Shown in pieces: positions 37,590 through 48,282 of a DNA stretch of 64,000 bases (position 1 is the stretch's first letter; each line of letters starts with the position of its first letter). A model generated the notes under the pieces. That model saw only the letters and a list, made by a program, of their open reading frames with translations. It had not been told where the DNA came from and made no database searches. The position numbers and the translations under genes were made by a program. Source of the DNA: Saccharofermentans sp. (lineage in GTDB: Bacteria > Bacillota > Clostridia > Saccharofermentanales > Saccharofermentanaceae); contig JAILIB010000135.1 in NCBI GenBank assembly GCA_024695505.1, positions 19,966-83,965 of the forward strand, read 5' to 3'.

Positions 37590-40384
37590 TGAGTGAAGAT
37601 AATGAAAATAAAAAGAGCGGTCTGACAGTCGGCGGCGTATCCGGCAGCAAGAAGATGAGGCTCGGACGCGTACATAAGAAGAAGACAGAAGATACAGCTG
37701 AGGCTCCCGCAGCGCCCGCAGCAGAAGCAGTTGCTCCTGTTGCTGAACCTGCACCTGCAGCAGAAGTTAAGCCTGCAAAAAAACCTGCTGCCAAGAAGGC
37801 TCAAGAGACTGAGACAGCAGAAAAGCCCGCTGAAGAAAAGAAGACTGAAAAGAAGACAGCAGCCAAGTCTGAGAAGACTGAGACTGCTGCTAAGAAAACT
37901 ACCAAAAAGACAGCAGAAGAGAAGAAGGAAGCTTCATCTGACGAGAAGCCTGTTGAAGAAAAGAAGACAGCTAAGAAGACTACTGCTAAGACCACAAAGA
38001 CGGCTAAGAAGGAAGAAGAGCCTGAGACAAAGGTACCTGAGGTTAAGGAAGAACCCAAGGAAGTTAAGCCTGAAGTCAAGGCAGAGGAAAAGCCTGTTGA
38101 GAAGAAGCCTGAACCTAAGCCCGAGCCCAAGCCGGAGCCGAAGCCCAGACTCTCTTCAGCTGTTATCTCACTTCCTGATGTTCCCGCCAGAGGCGAGACG
38201 ATCAGAAGTTCTACAGTGATCACATATTCAGGCAGAGATAAGAAGAGCCCGATGAGATCAGGCGGCCAGGGCGGCTACAACAATAACAGGGGCGGCGGCT
38301 TCCAGGGCAACAAAGGCGGCGGCGGATTCGATAAGGACAAGGACGATGATAACCAGCGTCCGCAGTTCAAGAGAGCACCCAAGCCGAGAGCAGAAGCTCC
38401 GATCGAAGATGCCAAGAAGAGCAGATCTTCTTATGCAGAGAAGAGTGCTTTCGATAAGAAGCATAATAATGCCGACAGAAGAGACGGCGAGAAGAACGCC
38501 AATATCGACAAGAGAAAGCAGTCACGCACATCACAGTTCACGGGACGTGTTAACAGCGATGGTGATTATGACGATTTCTCATTCAAGAAGAAGAAAAAGA
38601 AGCAGGAAGCTCAGCAGGCAGTTGTTGAGCAGGTGATCACCGAGATCAAGATCCCTGCATTCATTACGGTCAAGGAATTTGCAGAAGGTATCGGCAAGAA
38701 GAGCTCTGACATCATCATGGCTCTCATGAAGCTCGGCGTTATGGCAACCATCAACCAGGAGCTTGATTTCGATACAGCATGCCTCGTTGCAGACAGCTTC
38801 GGGATCAATGCCGAACTCTTAGAGGAGAAGACAGAGGAAGATATCCTTTTCGTTGATGAGGATAATCCGGAGAACCTCGAGACAAGACCTCCTGTCGTAG
38901 TAGTCATGGGCCACGTTGACCACGGTAAAACATCACTCCTCGACAAGATCCGTTCTTCTAACGTAACCGAAGGCGAGGCCGGCGGTATCACGCAGAAGAT
39001 CGGTGCTTATACAGTAAGACTTAAGGGGCGTCAGATCACATTCCTTGATACTCCGGGTCACGAAGCATTCACCACGATGAGAGCAAGAGGTGCGCAGTTC
39101 ACGGATATCGCTATCCTCGTAGTTGCTGCAGACGACGGCGTAATGCCTCAGACAATCGAGGCTATCAACCACGCCAAGGCTGCCAACACGGAGATCATCG
39201 TTGCCATCAACAAGATCGATAAGCCGGGCGCAAATCCTGACAGAGTTAAGCAGGAACTTACAAATTACGGACTTATCTGCGAAGAGTGGGGCGGTCAGAC
39301 TATCATGGTACCTATCTCAGCTAAGCAGGGTACAGGTATTGACGACCTTCTCGAAAACGTTCTGCTTACAGCAGACGTCATGGAGCTCAAGGCAGATCCT
39401 AAGAGCCAGGCGAAGGGTGCCGTCATCGAGGCAAAGCTCGACAAGAACAGAGGTCCTGTTGCTTCCGTTCTCGTACAGCGCGGTACATTGAGACAGGGCG
39501 ATACAGTCGTATGCGGTCCTATCCTCGGTAACGTAAGAGCCATGTACGATGACAAGGGACAGGCGATCAAGAAGGCAGGTCCTTCGATCCCTGTCGAGAT
39601 CTTAGGTCTTCCTGAAGTACCCCAGGCAGGTGAGATTCTCTTTGCAGTAGACGACGATAAGACAGCAAGACAGCTCGTTGAGAAGCGTAAGATCAAGCAG
39701 AGAGAAGAGCAGCTCCACAGATCATCGAAGATGAGCCTTGATACACTCGCAGCACAGATGGCAGCAGGTGACGTTAAGGATCTCAACATCATCATCAAGG
39801 CTGACGTTCAGGGTTCTGTCGAAGCCGTTCAGCAGTCCTTGGAGAAGCTCACAAACGAAGAAGTTAAGATCAACGTTATCCACGGCGCAGTCGGTGCGAT
39901 CAACGAATCAGATATCGTACTTGCTGACGTATCCAATGCGATCATCATCGGCTTCAACGTAAGACCTTCACAGATGATCATGGATAAGGCAAAAGAGACA
40001 GGCGTTGATATCAGACTCTACAGCGTCATCTACAACGCTATCGAAGACGTTGAGAACGCTATGAAGGGTATGCTTGCTCCGAAGATCGAAGAAGTTATCT
40101 GGGGTCACGCAGAAGTCAGACAGCTCTTCAAGGTCAGCGGTATCGGTACTATCGGCGGCTGCTATGTTACAGACGGTAAGATCCAGAGATCTTCCAACGT
40201 AAGAGTCATCAGGGACGACGTGGTCGTTTATACAGGCGTTCTCGGTTCACTGCAGCATGAGAAGGATTCCGTTAAGGAAGTAGTATCCGGACATGAGTGC
40301 GGTCTTACGGTTGAGAGATATAACGACATTAAGATCGGCGACGTTATCGAGGCATTCGGTAATATCGAAGTTAAGAGGGACTGA
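37586..40384 (+). CDS. infB: Translation initiation factor IF-2
   Basis: [48 protein letters not shown]; start TTG 37586 or ATG 37589. Confidence 0.98.
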   Translation: MMSEDNENKKSGLTVGGVSGSKKMRLGRVHKKKTEDTAEAPAAPAAEAVAPVAEPAPAAEVKPAKKPAAKKAQETETAEKPAEEKKTEKKTAAKSEKTETAAKKTTKKTAEEKKEASSDEKPVEEKKTAKKTTAKTTKTAKKEEEPETKVPEVKEEPKEVKPEVKAEEKPVEKKPEPKPEPKPEPKPRLSSAVISLPDVPARGETIRSSTVITYSGRDKKSPMRSGGQGGYNNNRGGGFQGNKGGGGFDKDKDDDNQRPQFKRAPKPRAEAPIEDAKKSRSSYAEKSAFDKKHNNADRRDGEKNANIDKRKQSRTSQFTGRVNSDGDYDDFSFKKKKKKQEAQQAVVEQVITEIKIPAFITVKEFAEGIGKKSSDIIMALMKLGVMATINQELDFDTACLVADSFGINAELLEEKTEEDILFVDEDNPENLETRPPVVVVMGHVDHGKTSLLDKIRSSNVTEGEAGGITQKIGAYTVRLKGRQITFLDTPGHEAFTTMRARGAQFTDIAILVVAADDGVMPQTIEAINHAKAANTEIIVAINKIDKPGANPDRVKQELTNYGLICEEWGGQTIMVPISAKQGTGIDDLLENVLLTADVMELKADPKSQAKGAVIEAKLDKNRGPVASVLVQRGTLRQGDTVVCGPILGNVRAMYDDKGQAIKKAGPSIPVEILGLPEVPQAGEILFAVDDDKTARQLVEKRKIKQREEQLHRSSKMSLDTLAAQMAAGDVKDLNIIIKADVQGSVEAVQQSLEKLTNEEVKINVIHGAVGAINESDIVLADVSNAIIIGFNVRPSQMIMDKAKETGVDIRLYSVIYNAIEDVENAMKGMLAPKIEEVIWGHAEVRQLFKVSGIGTIGGCYVTDGKIQRSSNVRVIRDDVVVYTGVLGSLQHEKDSVKEVVSGHECGLTVERYNDIKIGDVIEAFGNIEVKRD

Positions 40385-40385
40385 T

Positions 40386-40787
40386 ATGAAGAACAGAAGA
40401 CCTGAGATAGTCGGAGATGAGATACAGAAGATCATCTCGACGATTATCGCGACGAAGTTAAAGGATCCGAGAGTTCCTATAATGACGTCCGTTACATCTG
40501 TTAAGATGAGCCGCGACTTATCTCATGCGACTGTGTTTATCTCTGTCTACGGCGATGAGAAGACCCAGAAGGAAGCTATGGAAGCCATAGAACACGCAAA
40601 GGGTTTCATCCGTTATGAGACGGTGCAGGAGATCAATCTGAGAGTTGCGCCGGAATTGTGCTTCAAGCTCGACAACACTCTTAACGAAGCGCTCAGGATG
40701 GAGTCTTTGATCGAGAAGACGATCAAGGAAGACGAGGCAAGAAGAATTGCCCGTGAAGAGAAAAACGGCAAGAGCGGAGAAGAGTAA
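40386..40787 (+). CDS. rbfA: Ribosome-binding factor A
   Basis: KDPR, SVT.V..S.DL..A.VF, A.GFIR, LR..PEL.F..D; ATG follows the infB stop. Confidence 0.95.
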   Translation: MKNRRPEIVGDEIQKIISTIIATKLKDPRVPIMTSVTSVKMSRDLSHATVFISVYGDEKTQKEAMEAIEHAKGFIRYETVQEINLRVAPELCFKLDNTLNEALRMESLIEKTIKEDEARRIAREEKNGKSGEE

Positions 40788-40811
40788 CTGTCATATGGCA
40801 GTTACTTTCTT
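40783..40811 (+). terminator. Hairpin after rbfA (weak terminator or processing site)
   Basis: agtaactgtc-atat-ggcagttact-ttctt. Confidence 0.55.
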
Positions 40812-40834
40812 CGTTTATCAGAATGGAGTTTTAA

Positions 40835-41902
40835 ATGAGAGAACGCTATAAGGAAGGGAGCGCCAGAAGCGCTAAGAACATCTTAAGCGTTATAGAGAAG
40901 ACGAAGGCTGATAATGAGGTCATCCTCGTCTTTCTTCACAGAAGTGTTGACGGAGACTGCGTAGGTTCTTCCTCCGGAGTTGTCAGCATGATCAGGGCTC
41001 TGGGCGGCGACGCTTACGTTGCCATTCCGGAGAGCCTTCCTGAGAACATGTCTTTCCTTAAGATCGATGAACTGTTTTTCCAGCCGGATTCAGATTCAGA
41101 CCTTGCAAAAGAATACAGAACCAATGGAACAATCGGCGGCAAGAAGATCGGAGCCGTTGTTGCATGTGACTGCTCCGAAGGCTCAAGAATGGGAATCTGC
41201 GGAGAGATCTTTGATTCGATCAGCAGCAAGATAGTTATCGATCATCATGCATCCGTTACGACACGTTCAGATAATCTCTGGATCGATCCTGACAGTTCAT
41301 CTGCCTGCGAGATGGTGTTCTATGTCGCCTGCCAGATGGCAGAGCTTACGGGAAAAGAATTAAAGGATATTCTTCATCCCAATGCTGCCAAAGCAGTCCT
41401 TGCGGGGATCGTTACCGATACAGGCAGATTCACGTTCAAGAATACACGCCCCGAGACACTGGAAACTGCAGGAATGCTGATCGATCTCGGAGGCGACATA
41501 TCCGAAGTCTGCTATAACCTTTTTGACCGCAAGACCAAGCAGAAATTCCTCTTATCCGCGAAGGCGAGATCTGAGGTTAAGTTCTACTGTGATGACAAGT
41601 TTGCATTGACCGTTGTTCCGTATTCGCAGTTCGTGGAATATGGCGCAGGACCGGACGGTGTTGACGATGTGGTATCTGCGATGCGTGACATTGACGGCGT
41701 TGAACTTGCCATAGTCTTAAGACAGCTTGAGTCAGGCGAGATAAGAGGCAATATAAGATCCCAGGAATACTTCGACTGTTCCAAATTCGCTGAAGGATTC
41801 GGCGGCGGCGGACATGTCAGAGCTGCAGGTTTTACCGTTAAGAACGGTGATGTAATTGAGATTGCAGAAGAAGTGATCAAGAGGGTCCAGGCTGACATAT
41901 GA
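40835..41902 (+). CDS. nrnA: DHH/DHHA1 phosphoesterase (NrnA-like)
   Basis: H..VDGDC.GS, IDHH, GI.TDTGRF, GGGGH..AAG. Confidence 0.88.
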   Translation: MRERYKEGSARSAKNILSVIEKTKADNEVILVFLHRSVDGDCVGSSSGVVSMIRALGGDAYVAIPESLPENMSFLKIDELFFQPDSDSDLAKEYRTNGTIGGKKIGAVVACDCSEGSRMGICGEIFDSISSKIVIDHHASVTTRSDNLWIDPDSSSACEMVFYVACQMAELTGKELKDILHPNAAKAVLAGIVTDTGRFTFKNTRPETLETAGMLIDLGGDISEVCYNLFDRKTKQKFLLSAKARSEVKFYCDDKFALTVVPYSQFVEYGAGPDGVDDVVSAMRDIDGVELAIVLRQLESGEIRGNIRSQEYFDCSKFAEGFGGGGHVRAAGFTVKNGDVIEIAEEVIKRVQADI

Positions 41903-42846
41903 TTCAAGACGGCTTCATCCTTGTTGACAAGCCCGAGGGATGGACTTCCTTTAAGACTGACCGCTTCATCGGCAAACTCCTCGGAACCCGTAAAGTCGGA
42001 CACCTGGGAACATTAGATCCGTTTGCAACGGGTCTTCTTCCCGTGTTTGTCGGCAAGGGCTTAAAGTTCTTAAGGTTCTGCGAAGGGTTCGATAAGGGTT
42101 ATTCCTGCAAATGTGTTTTCGGAGCCACCACAGACACAATGGATAAGACAGGAGAGTTCGTAACAGAGAACTATCCTTCATCTGATGATATTGCCGCGCT
42201 CGAAAACAGTAATTACGAGGTGATCCGGAGCGCCATGGAAAAAGTTAAGGCAACCAAAGAGCAGCTCCCTCCCGCATATTCGGCAAAAAAGATCGACGGT
42301 GTCAAAGCATATGAGCTCGCAAGAAAAGGCGAGTTGCCGGATCTTAAGCCCGCTAAGGTAAATATCTATTCGCTTGACATAACAAATATCGAGAAGCGTG
42401 ATAAAGGCCTTGCCGTGGATTTTGACTGCATGTGCTCGAAAGGAACATATATAAGGACAATCTGCTCTGACTTGGGTGATATAACAGGTTACGGTGCATA
42501 TGCAGAAGAATTAAGAAGGACAGTAAACGGACAGTTCAGCGTCAAGGATGCATTTACTCCTGAAGAACTTGAGAAGATGGCAGAGGACGGGGATTTCTCT
42601 TTTGTAAGAGATGCATCGGAAACCATAAGCTTCCTGCCCGAGATAAAACTTGACGGCAAGCAGACAAAAGACATCAAGTTCGGAAGGAAGATCGCTTTCC
42701 CGGGCCCGGTGGATCATGAAGTATCTGACGAGAACAGGGTGTATTACAGGGCAACTTCCGAAGGCAGTCTTATAGCAGTCGTTTTCCCAGCCATGGAGAA
42801 CGGACGATTAACAATGAGGATCGAGAGGCTTTACGCTCATGATTAA
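41899..42846 (+). CDS. truB: tRNA pseudouridine(55) synthase
   Basis: DKPEGWTS, KVGH.GTLDPFATGLLP, TTDT.D, PP.YSA.K..G...Y, CSKGTYIR. Confidence 0.96.
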   Translation: MIQDGFILVDKPEGWTSFKTDRFIGKLLGTRKVGHLGTLDPFATGLLPVFVGKGLKFLRFCEGFDKGYSCKCVFGATTDTMDKTGEFVTENYPSSDDIAALENSNYEVIRSAMEKVKATKEQLPPAYSAKKIDGVKAYELARKGELPDLKPAKVNIYSLDITNIEKRDKGLAVDFDCMCSKGTYIRTICSDLGDITGYGAYAEELRRTVNGQFSVKDAFTPEELEKMAEDGDFSFVRDASETISFLPEIKLDGKQTKDIKFGRKIAFPGPVDHEVSDENRVYYRATSEGSLIAVVFPAMENGRLTMRIERLYAHD

Positions 42847-43768
42847 AGTTTGCAATACATATACTCTTAACGATCTCCCGTTGTTTACGAGGGGCAGGGT
42901 GATCGCACTCGGCTATTTTGACGGTGTGCACCTGGGCCATCAGGACATAATCAAAAAGGCTGTTACGATCGCTGAGCGTGACGGCCTGACATCGACCGTG
43001 CAGACATTTGCAAATCTCAATAAGAGTGACAGCAAACCTCTTTATACATCTCAGGAGAGAACAAAACTTATCGGCGGCCTCGGTTCGGATGAGATACTGG
43101 TCCTTGATTTTGATGACGTGAAGGATATGGAACCTCTTCAGTATCTAACGGACATCATCATGAACCGCTGCATAGGTGACACTCTCGTTATGGGCGAAGA
43201 TTACAGATTCGGCCGTGATGCAAAGGGTGACGTGAACATGATCAGGGAATTCGCCAAGGCAAACAACATGCGCGTTATCGTCGTTAAGGATCATATGCTC
43301 GAAGGAACAGAAGAGAAGATATCCACGACATGGCTCCGCAAAGCACTTAATGACGGCGATGCAGGTCTTGCAAGAGAACTCTGCGGCAGGAACTATTTTT
43401 ATTCAGGATATGTCGTTCAGGGCAAGATGCTCGGCAGGACGATGGGGTTTCCCACGGTCAACATTGTGGTTCCTGAAGATAAGTTTGTCGTAAGACGCGG
43501 CGTATATGTCTCCCGTGTGCTTCTGGGACAGAGAGTCCTTTACGGTGTAACGAACGTCGGCAGAAGACCTACGCTCGAAGATGCGGTCAATGACGTAGTC
43601 GAGACGTTCATAATGAACTTTGATGAAGACGTCTACGGTGCGGCCATCTCTGTTGAGCTTTTGCATTTCCTGCGCCCTGAAGAGCACTATTCATCCAAAG
43701 AAGAACTGATCTTAGCCGTGGAACGCAATAAGGAACAGGCGGCAGATTATGTCAAAAACCTCATTTAG
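42839..43768 (+). CDS. ribF: Riboflavin kinase/FAD synthetase
   Basis: G.FDGVHLGHQ, G.DYRFG, GR.MGFPT.N, NVG.RPT, FLRPE. Confidence 0.95.
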   Translation: MIKVCNTYTLNDLPLFTRGRVIALGYFDGVHLGHQDIIKKAVTIAERDGLTSTVQTFANLNKSDSKPLYTSQERTKLIGGLGSDEILVLDFDDVKDMEPLQYLTDIIMNRCIGDTLVMGEDYRFGRDAKGDVNMIREFAKANNMRVIVVKDHMLEGTEEKISTTWLRKALNDGDAGLARELCGRNYFYSGYVVQGKMLGRTMGFPTVNIVVPEDKFVVRRGVYVSRVLLGQRVLYGVTNVGRRPTLEDAVNDVVETFIMNFDEDVYGAAISVELLHFLRPEEHYSSKEELILAVERNKEQAADYVKNLI

Positions 43769-43864
43769 ACCGTGATTTGAGACGGGTGAGAGTCATATTA
43801 TTTATTTTGTGGTAATATATCAAGGATTTAGAAGACCCATACAGGGTATGGAGGATAAGGACAA

Positions 43865-44752
43865 ATGATCGATATGGTAGAAGTTAAGTTTCCGGGTTTG
43901 GGAATCAATATTGATGTCAACCCCATAGCTTTCAGGATCGGAAACATGCCGGTTTACTGGTATGGCATTCTGATCGCGGCAGCTCTCGTGCTTGCTGTTG
44001 TTCTTGCAGTTAAGCAGGCTAAGAGCCTGAACTTCCCTGAAGGACTTGTTTACGATACGATCCTTGTGACCATCCCATGTGCCATCATAGGTGCCAGAGC
44101 GTATTTCGTTGCCTGCAACTGGAATACATACAGCAAAGACCTTAAATCGATCTTTGACTTAAGATCCGGCGGACTTGCGATCTACGGCGGCGTTATCCTC
44201 GTATTCCTCGGCGTGATCGTTATGTGCCGCGTCAGGAAGATCCCGTTCAGGGAACTCGCTGATTATGGTGTCGTTTATCTTCCGCTGGGACAGGCTATCG
44301 GCAGATGGGGCAATTTCTTCAACCAGGAGTGCTTCGGTACAACGACGACACTTCCCTGGGGCATGACAAGCTCAACTGTTCAGCAGTATCTGGAATCACA
44401 GTGCCCGACACTTGTATCCACAATGCCGGTTCATCCCACATTCCTCTATGAGTCTTTGGCAGATCTCGCGATTTTCTTCATACTTCTTTATGTCAGAAAG
44501 CATTCGAATATCGCTTTCGAGACTGCATGCACGTATTTTGCTCTCTACGGAACAGCAAGATTCTTCATCGAAGGCATGAGAACAGATTCACTCTATATAG
44601 GTGACACAGGCATCAGGACCTCACAGCTCTTATCGCTCATATTCGTAGTTGCATCGCTCCTTTACATTGCGTATGCAAGATACAAGAGGATGGAGAAGAG
44701 ACCTTTCCCTGCAAAGCTCTATGAAGAAGCAGGAGCAGGAAAGAGTAAATAA
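43865..44752 (+). CDS. lgt: Prolipoprotein diacylglyceryl transferase
   Basis: WYG, IGAR.Y, GGLAIYGG, QAIGRWGNFFNQE, HPTFLYE, RFFIE..R.D. Confidence 0.96.
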   Translation: MIDMVEVKFPGLGINIDVNPIAFRIGNMPVYWYGILIAAALVLAVVLAVKQAKSLNFPEGLVYDTILVTIPCAIIGARAYFVACNWNTYSKDLKSIFDLRSGGLAIYGGVILVFLGVIVMCRVRKIPFRELADYGVVYLPLGQAIGRWGNFFNQECFGTTTTLPWGMTSSTVQQYLESQCPTLVSTMPVHPTFLYESLADLAIFFILLYVRKHSNIAFETACTYFALYGTARFFIEGMRTDSLYIGDTGIRTSQLLSLIFVVASLLYIAYARYKRMEKRPFPAKLYEEAGAGKSK

Positions 44753-45879
44753 TGGATAAGGCTGGTTCCGGCGTAGTTAAACTTCGCGGGAGAGACGGTC
44801 TGAAGACCGTCGACTATTATCTTGTCGTACCCATTCTTACAATGACGATAATCGGCCTTTATGTACTTCAGAAGGTACTGTCCAAAGGCTATGCCGCATA
44901 TCCCGGAAACTACTACAGACAGATAGTCGCAACAGTTGCCGGCATCATTGCCGCACTTATACTGTGCGTTCTGGATTCCCACTTCATGAAGATCATCGGA
45001 AGGGCGATCTACGCGGTCTCCCTGCTCCTCCTGATCCTGGTTCCTATCGACGGTTATTCACTTAAGGTTACATGGGGCGCCGACTCATGGCTCAATCTTC
45101 CTGTTATCGGTAACTTCCAGCCGTCCGAGCTTGCAAAGATCGGACTCGTAATGGTGGCCGCGGATATTTTCGAGAAGATGACAAATAAGGAATATACGAT
45201 CCTCAAAGGTTTCGGGATCATGGCGCTCGTATACGCGCCGCCGATGCTCCTTATCCTGACGCAGCCGGACTTCGGTACCGCGATGGTTATCGTATTCACA
45301 TTCGTATGCATGCTCTTCGTTTGGGGTGTCCGCTACAGATACTTCCTGCTGGCATTCTCAACCTTCGTCGTTATCATCGTTCCGGCGGTATGGATGTTCT
45401 ATCTGGAGCCCTACCAGAAGAACCGTATATTATCACTTGTATTCCAGGGTTCGGATCCCCGTTCGGAGTACAATCTCATGCAGTCCAAATATGCGATCAT
45501 GTCAGGAGGTCTGACCGGCAACCACACGGGAATCCTTACGAGCGTGCCGGTTAAGGAGAGTGACTTTATCTTCGCCGCCATATCGGAACATATGGGATTT
45601 ATCGGAACGACGGCTGTAATAGTCCTCGCGTTTTTCTTCCTGGGCAGGTGTCTTTACGTCGCTGCCAAGATCCCGTCCAAGACGGCTTCTTATACGATCA
45701 CCGGTCTTACCGGATACTTCGCTTTCCACTTCATCGAGAACATGGGCATGGCCGTAGGACTTCTTCCTATTACCGGAATCCCGCTCCCGTTCATCAGTCT
45801 GGGCGGAACTGCGATGCTGATCAATTATCTCGCATTCGGTATAATCCTGAATTATTCAATGTCTCGCAACATATCGTAG
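44752..45879 (+). CDS. rodA: SEDS peptidoglycan glycosyltransferase (RodA-like)
   Basis: FQPSELAK, QPDFGT, YQ.NRI, QS..AI.SGG, SDFIF, G..P.TGIPLPF.S.GG. Confidence 0.85.
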   Translation: MDKAGSGVVKLRGRDGLKTVDYYLVVPILTMTIIGLYVLQKVLSKGYAAYPGNYYRQIVATVAGIIAALILCVLDSHFMKIIGRAIYAVSLLLLILVPIDGYSLKVTWGADSWLNLPVIGNFQPSELAKIGLVMVAADIFEKMTNKEYTILKGFGIMALVYAPPMLLILTQPDFGTAMVIVFTFVCMLFVWGVRYRYFLLAFSTFVVIIVPAVWMFYLEPYQKNRILSLVFQGSDPRSEYNLMQSKYAIMSGGLTGNHTGILTSVPVKESDFIFAAISEHMGFIGTTAVIVLAFFFLGRCLYVAAKIPSKTASYTITGLTGYFAFHFIENMGMAVGLLPITGIPLPFISLGGTAMLINYLAFGIILNYSMSRNIS

Positions 45880-45891
45880 CGGAGGCGTTCC

Positions 45892-48162
45892 ATGAACCGT
45901 AAATGGAGACAGAATCTTCACATAGAAGCGCCTGAAGGCTGGATCAACGACCCTAACGGTCTGTGCTTCTTTGACGGTTGTTATCATGTGTATTTCCAGT
46001 ATTCACCGGGCACGCCCGATGGCAGTTCGGCCCGCAGATGGGGCCACTATGTGAGCTCGGAACTTCTCTCGTGGAAGTATAAGGGCATAGTTTTAGAACC
46101 GGATATTCCCGAAGACCGTGACGGCGTATTCTCAGGTTCTGCAGTAAGCTTTGCAGACCGCATCGAATTCTTCTATACGGGCAATGTTATGGAAGAAGGC
46201 AGTCACGATTATGTTCTTGAAGGGCGCGGAGCGAACGTCATAAGCGTCACTTCTTCTGACGGTGATGCCATGTCTGCGAAAAAAGTCATCCTCAGAAATT
46301 CCGATTATCCTTCTTTTTGTTCCTGCCATGTAAGAGATCCCAAGGTATGGATCTCGGACGGCATGTATAAGATGGTGCTTGGCGCCAGAACCGTCGATGA
46401 CAGGGGATGCGTCCTCATCTATGAAGGTCTCTCTGTGGATTCTCTGGAATACAAAAGCTGTCTGTCAGTTCCTGACATGGGTTATATGTGGGAATGCCCT
46501 GATATGTTCGATATGGACGGCAGGACGTTCCTTGCTCTGTGTCCTCAGGGAATTAAACGCGGGGAATACCGCATGCAGAACATTTTCCAGAGCGGATATT
46601 TCAGAGTTAACGGAGAAGAATTAGAAGACTTCGAAGAATTCGATTACGGATTTGATTTCTACGCGCCTCAGACTTTTGCAGCGCCTGACGGCCGGAGGAT
46701 CCTTATCGGATGGATGGGAATAGGTGATGATTCTTATTCAAATCCCACAGTGGAACTGGGATGGCAGCACTGCCTGACTTTGCCTCGTGAACTGACCGTC
46801 GGACCTGACGGCAGGATAATGCAGAATCCCATCCGCGAACTTGATTCGCTTAAGTGCGGCAGCAAAAAGATCGATGGCGAAGCGTGGGAAGGACTGCCGT
46901 TTGAGGTAACCGCTTCGGATTTTTCTGACAGTGTTTCCGTTTCCATATCGGGTGCAAAGATCAGCTGGAGCAAAGATTGCGGCGTTCTGAGCCTTCAACT
47001 CAATGAAGAAGGTTATGGAAGAACAATAAGAAAGATAAAGACTGATGAACTTACCGGCCTTAGGATAATTGCCGATAAGTCTTCTTTGGAAATCTATATT
47101 AATAACGGTCGATATGTCATGAGCACCAGATTCTATCCTGCTTACAGTCAGGTAAGGGTAGGGGTAACGGGTGCAGATGCTGAAGTTACGGCATTAAGGC
47201 TTAGGGATACGCTCGTGGCGATCGGCGAAGCTCTGATAGATTTTATCCCTGATAAGAAGGGTTGCGAGTTTTACGAGGTTGGATCGTTCTCGCCTGCGGC
47301 GGGCGGAGCGCCTGCCAATGTGTGCGGTGCTTTCTCGAAGCTCAGCGGCAAATCCCGCATGATCACCCAGCTTGGCAATGACCCGTTCGGCGATGTCATC
47401 ACGAGAACTCTGAATGAAGCGGGCGTTGATACATCCTGCATCAGTTATACTTCTGCAGCCAATACTGCCTTAGCCTTTGTAAGCCATACGACAGACGGCA
47501 AGAGCACGTATTCGTTCTACAGGAATCCTTCTGCCGATATGCTTTTCGATGCCTCGGACGTAACTGGCGACATGTTCGACGACTGCTATGCCCTGCATTT
47601 CTGCAGCGTGTCCCTGGGCGACTTCCCGATGAAGGACGCGCACCGCGCTGCTGTTGCCATCGCGAGAAGACAGGGCGCCATCGTAAGCTTTGATCCAAAC
47701 TTAAGATTCATGCTCTGGGATGACAAGGATGCGTTAAAGCGCGTCATCTGGGAATTTATCCCCGACTGTGACATTTTGAAGATATCTGATGAAGAACTGG
47801 AGTTCATAACCGGAACGGCCTCAATAGATGAGGCGCTCCCTCTGCTGTTTACGGGATGCGTCAAACTCGTGATAATCACCAAGGGCAAGGACGGCGCGTG
47901 TGCTGTCAATTCCAATGGCACTGTTGAATCGGCATGTCCTGAGGTAAATGTGGTCGATACAACCGGTGCCGGCGACGGCTTCATAGGTTCGTTCCTTTGG
48001 AAGCTTAAGTCTCTTGGCATCTTAAGGGAAGATCTGGCTTCGTGTCCTTCGTCTGTGATCGGTGAATGCCTTGACTTCGCTAACCGGTTTAGTGCCATCA
48101 GCGTCAGGCGTAAGGGTGCGATCCCTTCATATCCCGGACTTCGGGAAGTTATTGACGGCTGA
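45892..48162 (+). CDS. Fusion of GH32 sucrose(-6-phosphate) hydrolase and PfkB fructokinase
   Basis: WINDPNG, FSGSA, RDP, WECP, DFYAPQ; then IGEALIDF, GGAPANV, FDPNLR, KISDEE, DTTGAGD, all in one ORF. Confidence 0.9.
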   Translation: MNRKWRQNLHIEAPEGWINDPNGLCFFDGCYHVYFQYSPGTPDGSSARRWGHYVSSELLSWKYKGIVLEPDIPEDRDGVFSGSAVSFADRIEFFYTGNVMEEGSHDYVLEGRGANVISVTSSDGDAMSAKKVILRNSDYPSFCSCHVRDPKVWISDGMYKMVLGARTVDDRGCVLIYEGLSVDSLEYKSCLSVPDMGYMWECPDMFDMDGRTFLALCPQGIKRGEYRMQNIFQSGYFRVNGEELEDFEEFDYGFDFYAPQTFAAPDGRRILIGWMGIGDDSYSNPTVELGWQHCLTLPRELTVGPDGRIMQNPIRELDSLKCGSKKIDGEAWEGLPFEVTASDFSDSVSVSISGAKISWSKDCGVLSLQLNEEGYGRTIRKIKTDELTGLRIIADKSSLEIYINNGRYVMSTRFYPAYSQVRVGVTGADAEVTALRLRDTLVAIGEALIDFIPDKKGCEFYEVGSFSPAAGGAPANVCGAFSKLSGKSRMITQLGNDPFGDVITRTLNEAGVDTSCISYTSAANTALAFVSHTTDGKSTYSFYRNPSADMLFDASDVTGDMFDDCYALHFCSVSLGDFPMKDAHRAAVAIARRQGAIVSFDPNLRFMLWDDKDALKRVIWEFIPDCDILKISDEELEFITGTASIDEALPLLFTGCVKLVIITKGKDGACAVNSNGTVESACPEVNVVDTTGAGDGFIGSFLWKLKSLGILREDLASCPSSVIGECLDFANRFSAISVRRKGAIPSYPGLREVIDG

Positions 48163-48198
48163 TATTCAGTTATCCCAATAACATTAACTAAAGAGGCT

Positions 48199-48227
48199 GC
48201 CGGGGGAGTGATTCCCGCCGGTCTTTT
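48199..48227 (+). terminator. Intrinsic terminator
   Basis: gccgg-ggga-gtga-ttcc-cg-ccggtc-tttt. Confidence 0.65.
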
Positions 48228-48282
48228 GCAGTGCCGGAGCCGGACTTAAACTCTCTCAAACGTAATAGCTAAATCCCGGTTT

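Noticed and set aside
37586-38640. Long Lys/Glu/Pro-rich IF2 N-terminus and its alternate-frame ORFs
   Set aside because: Variable low-complexity N-termini are normal for IF2; the shadow ORFs reflect codon bias
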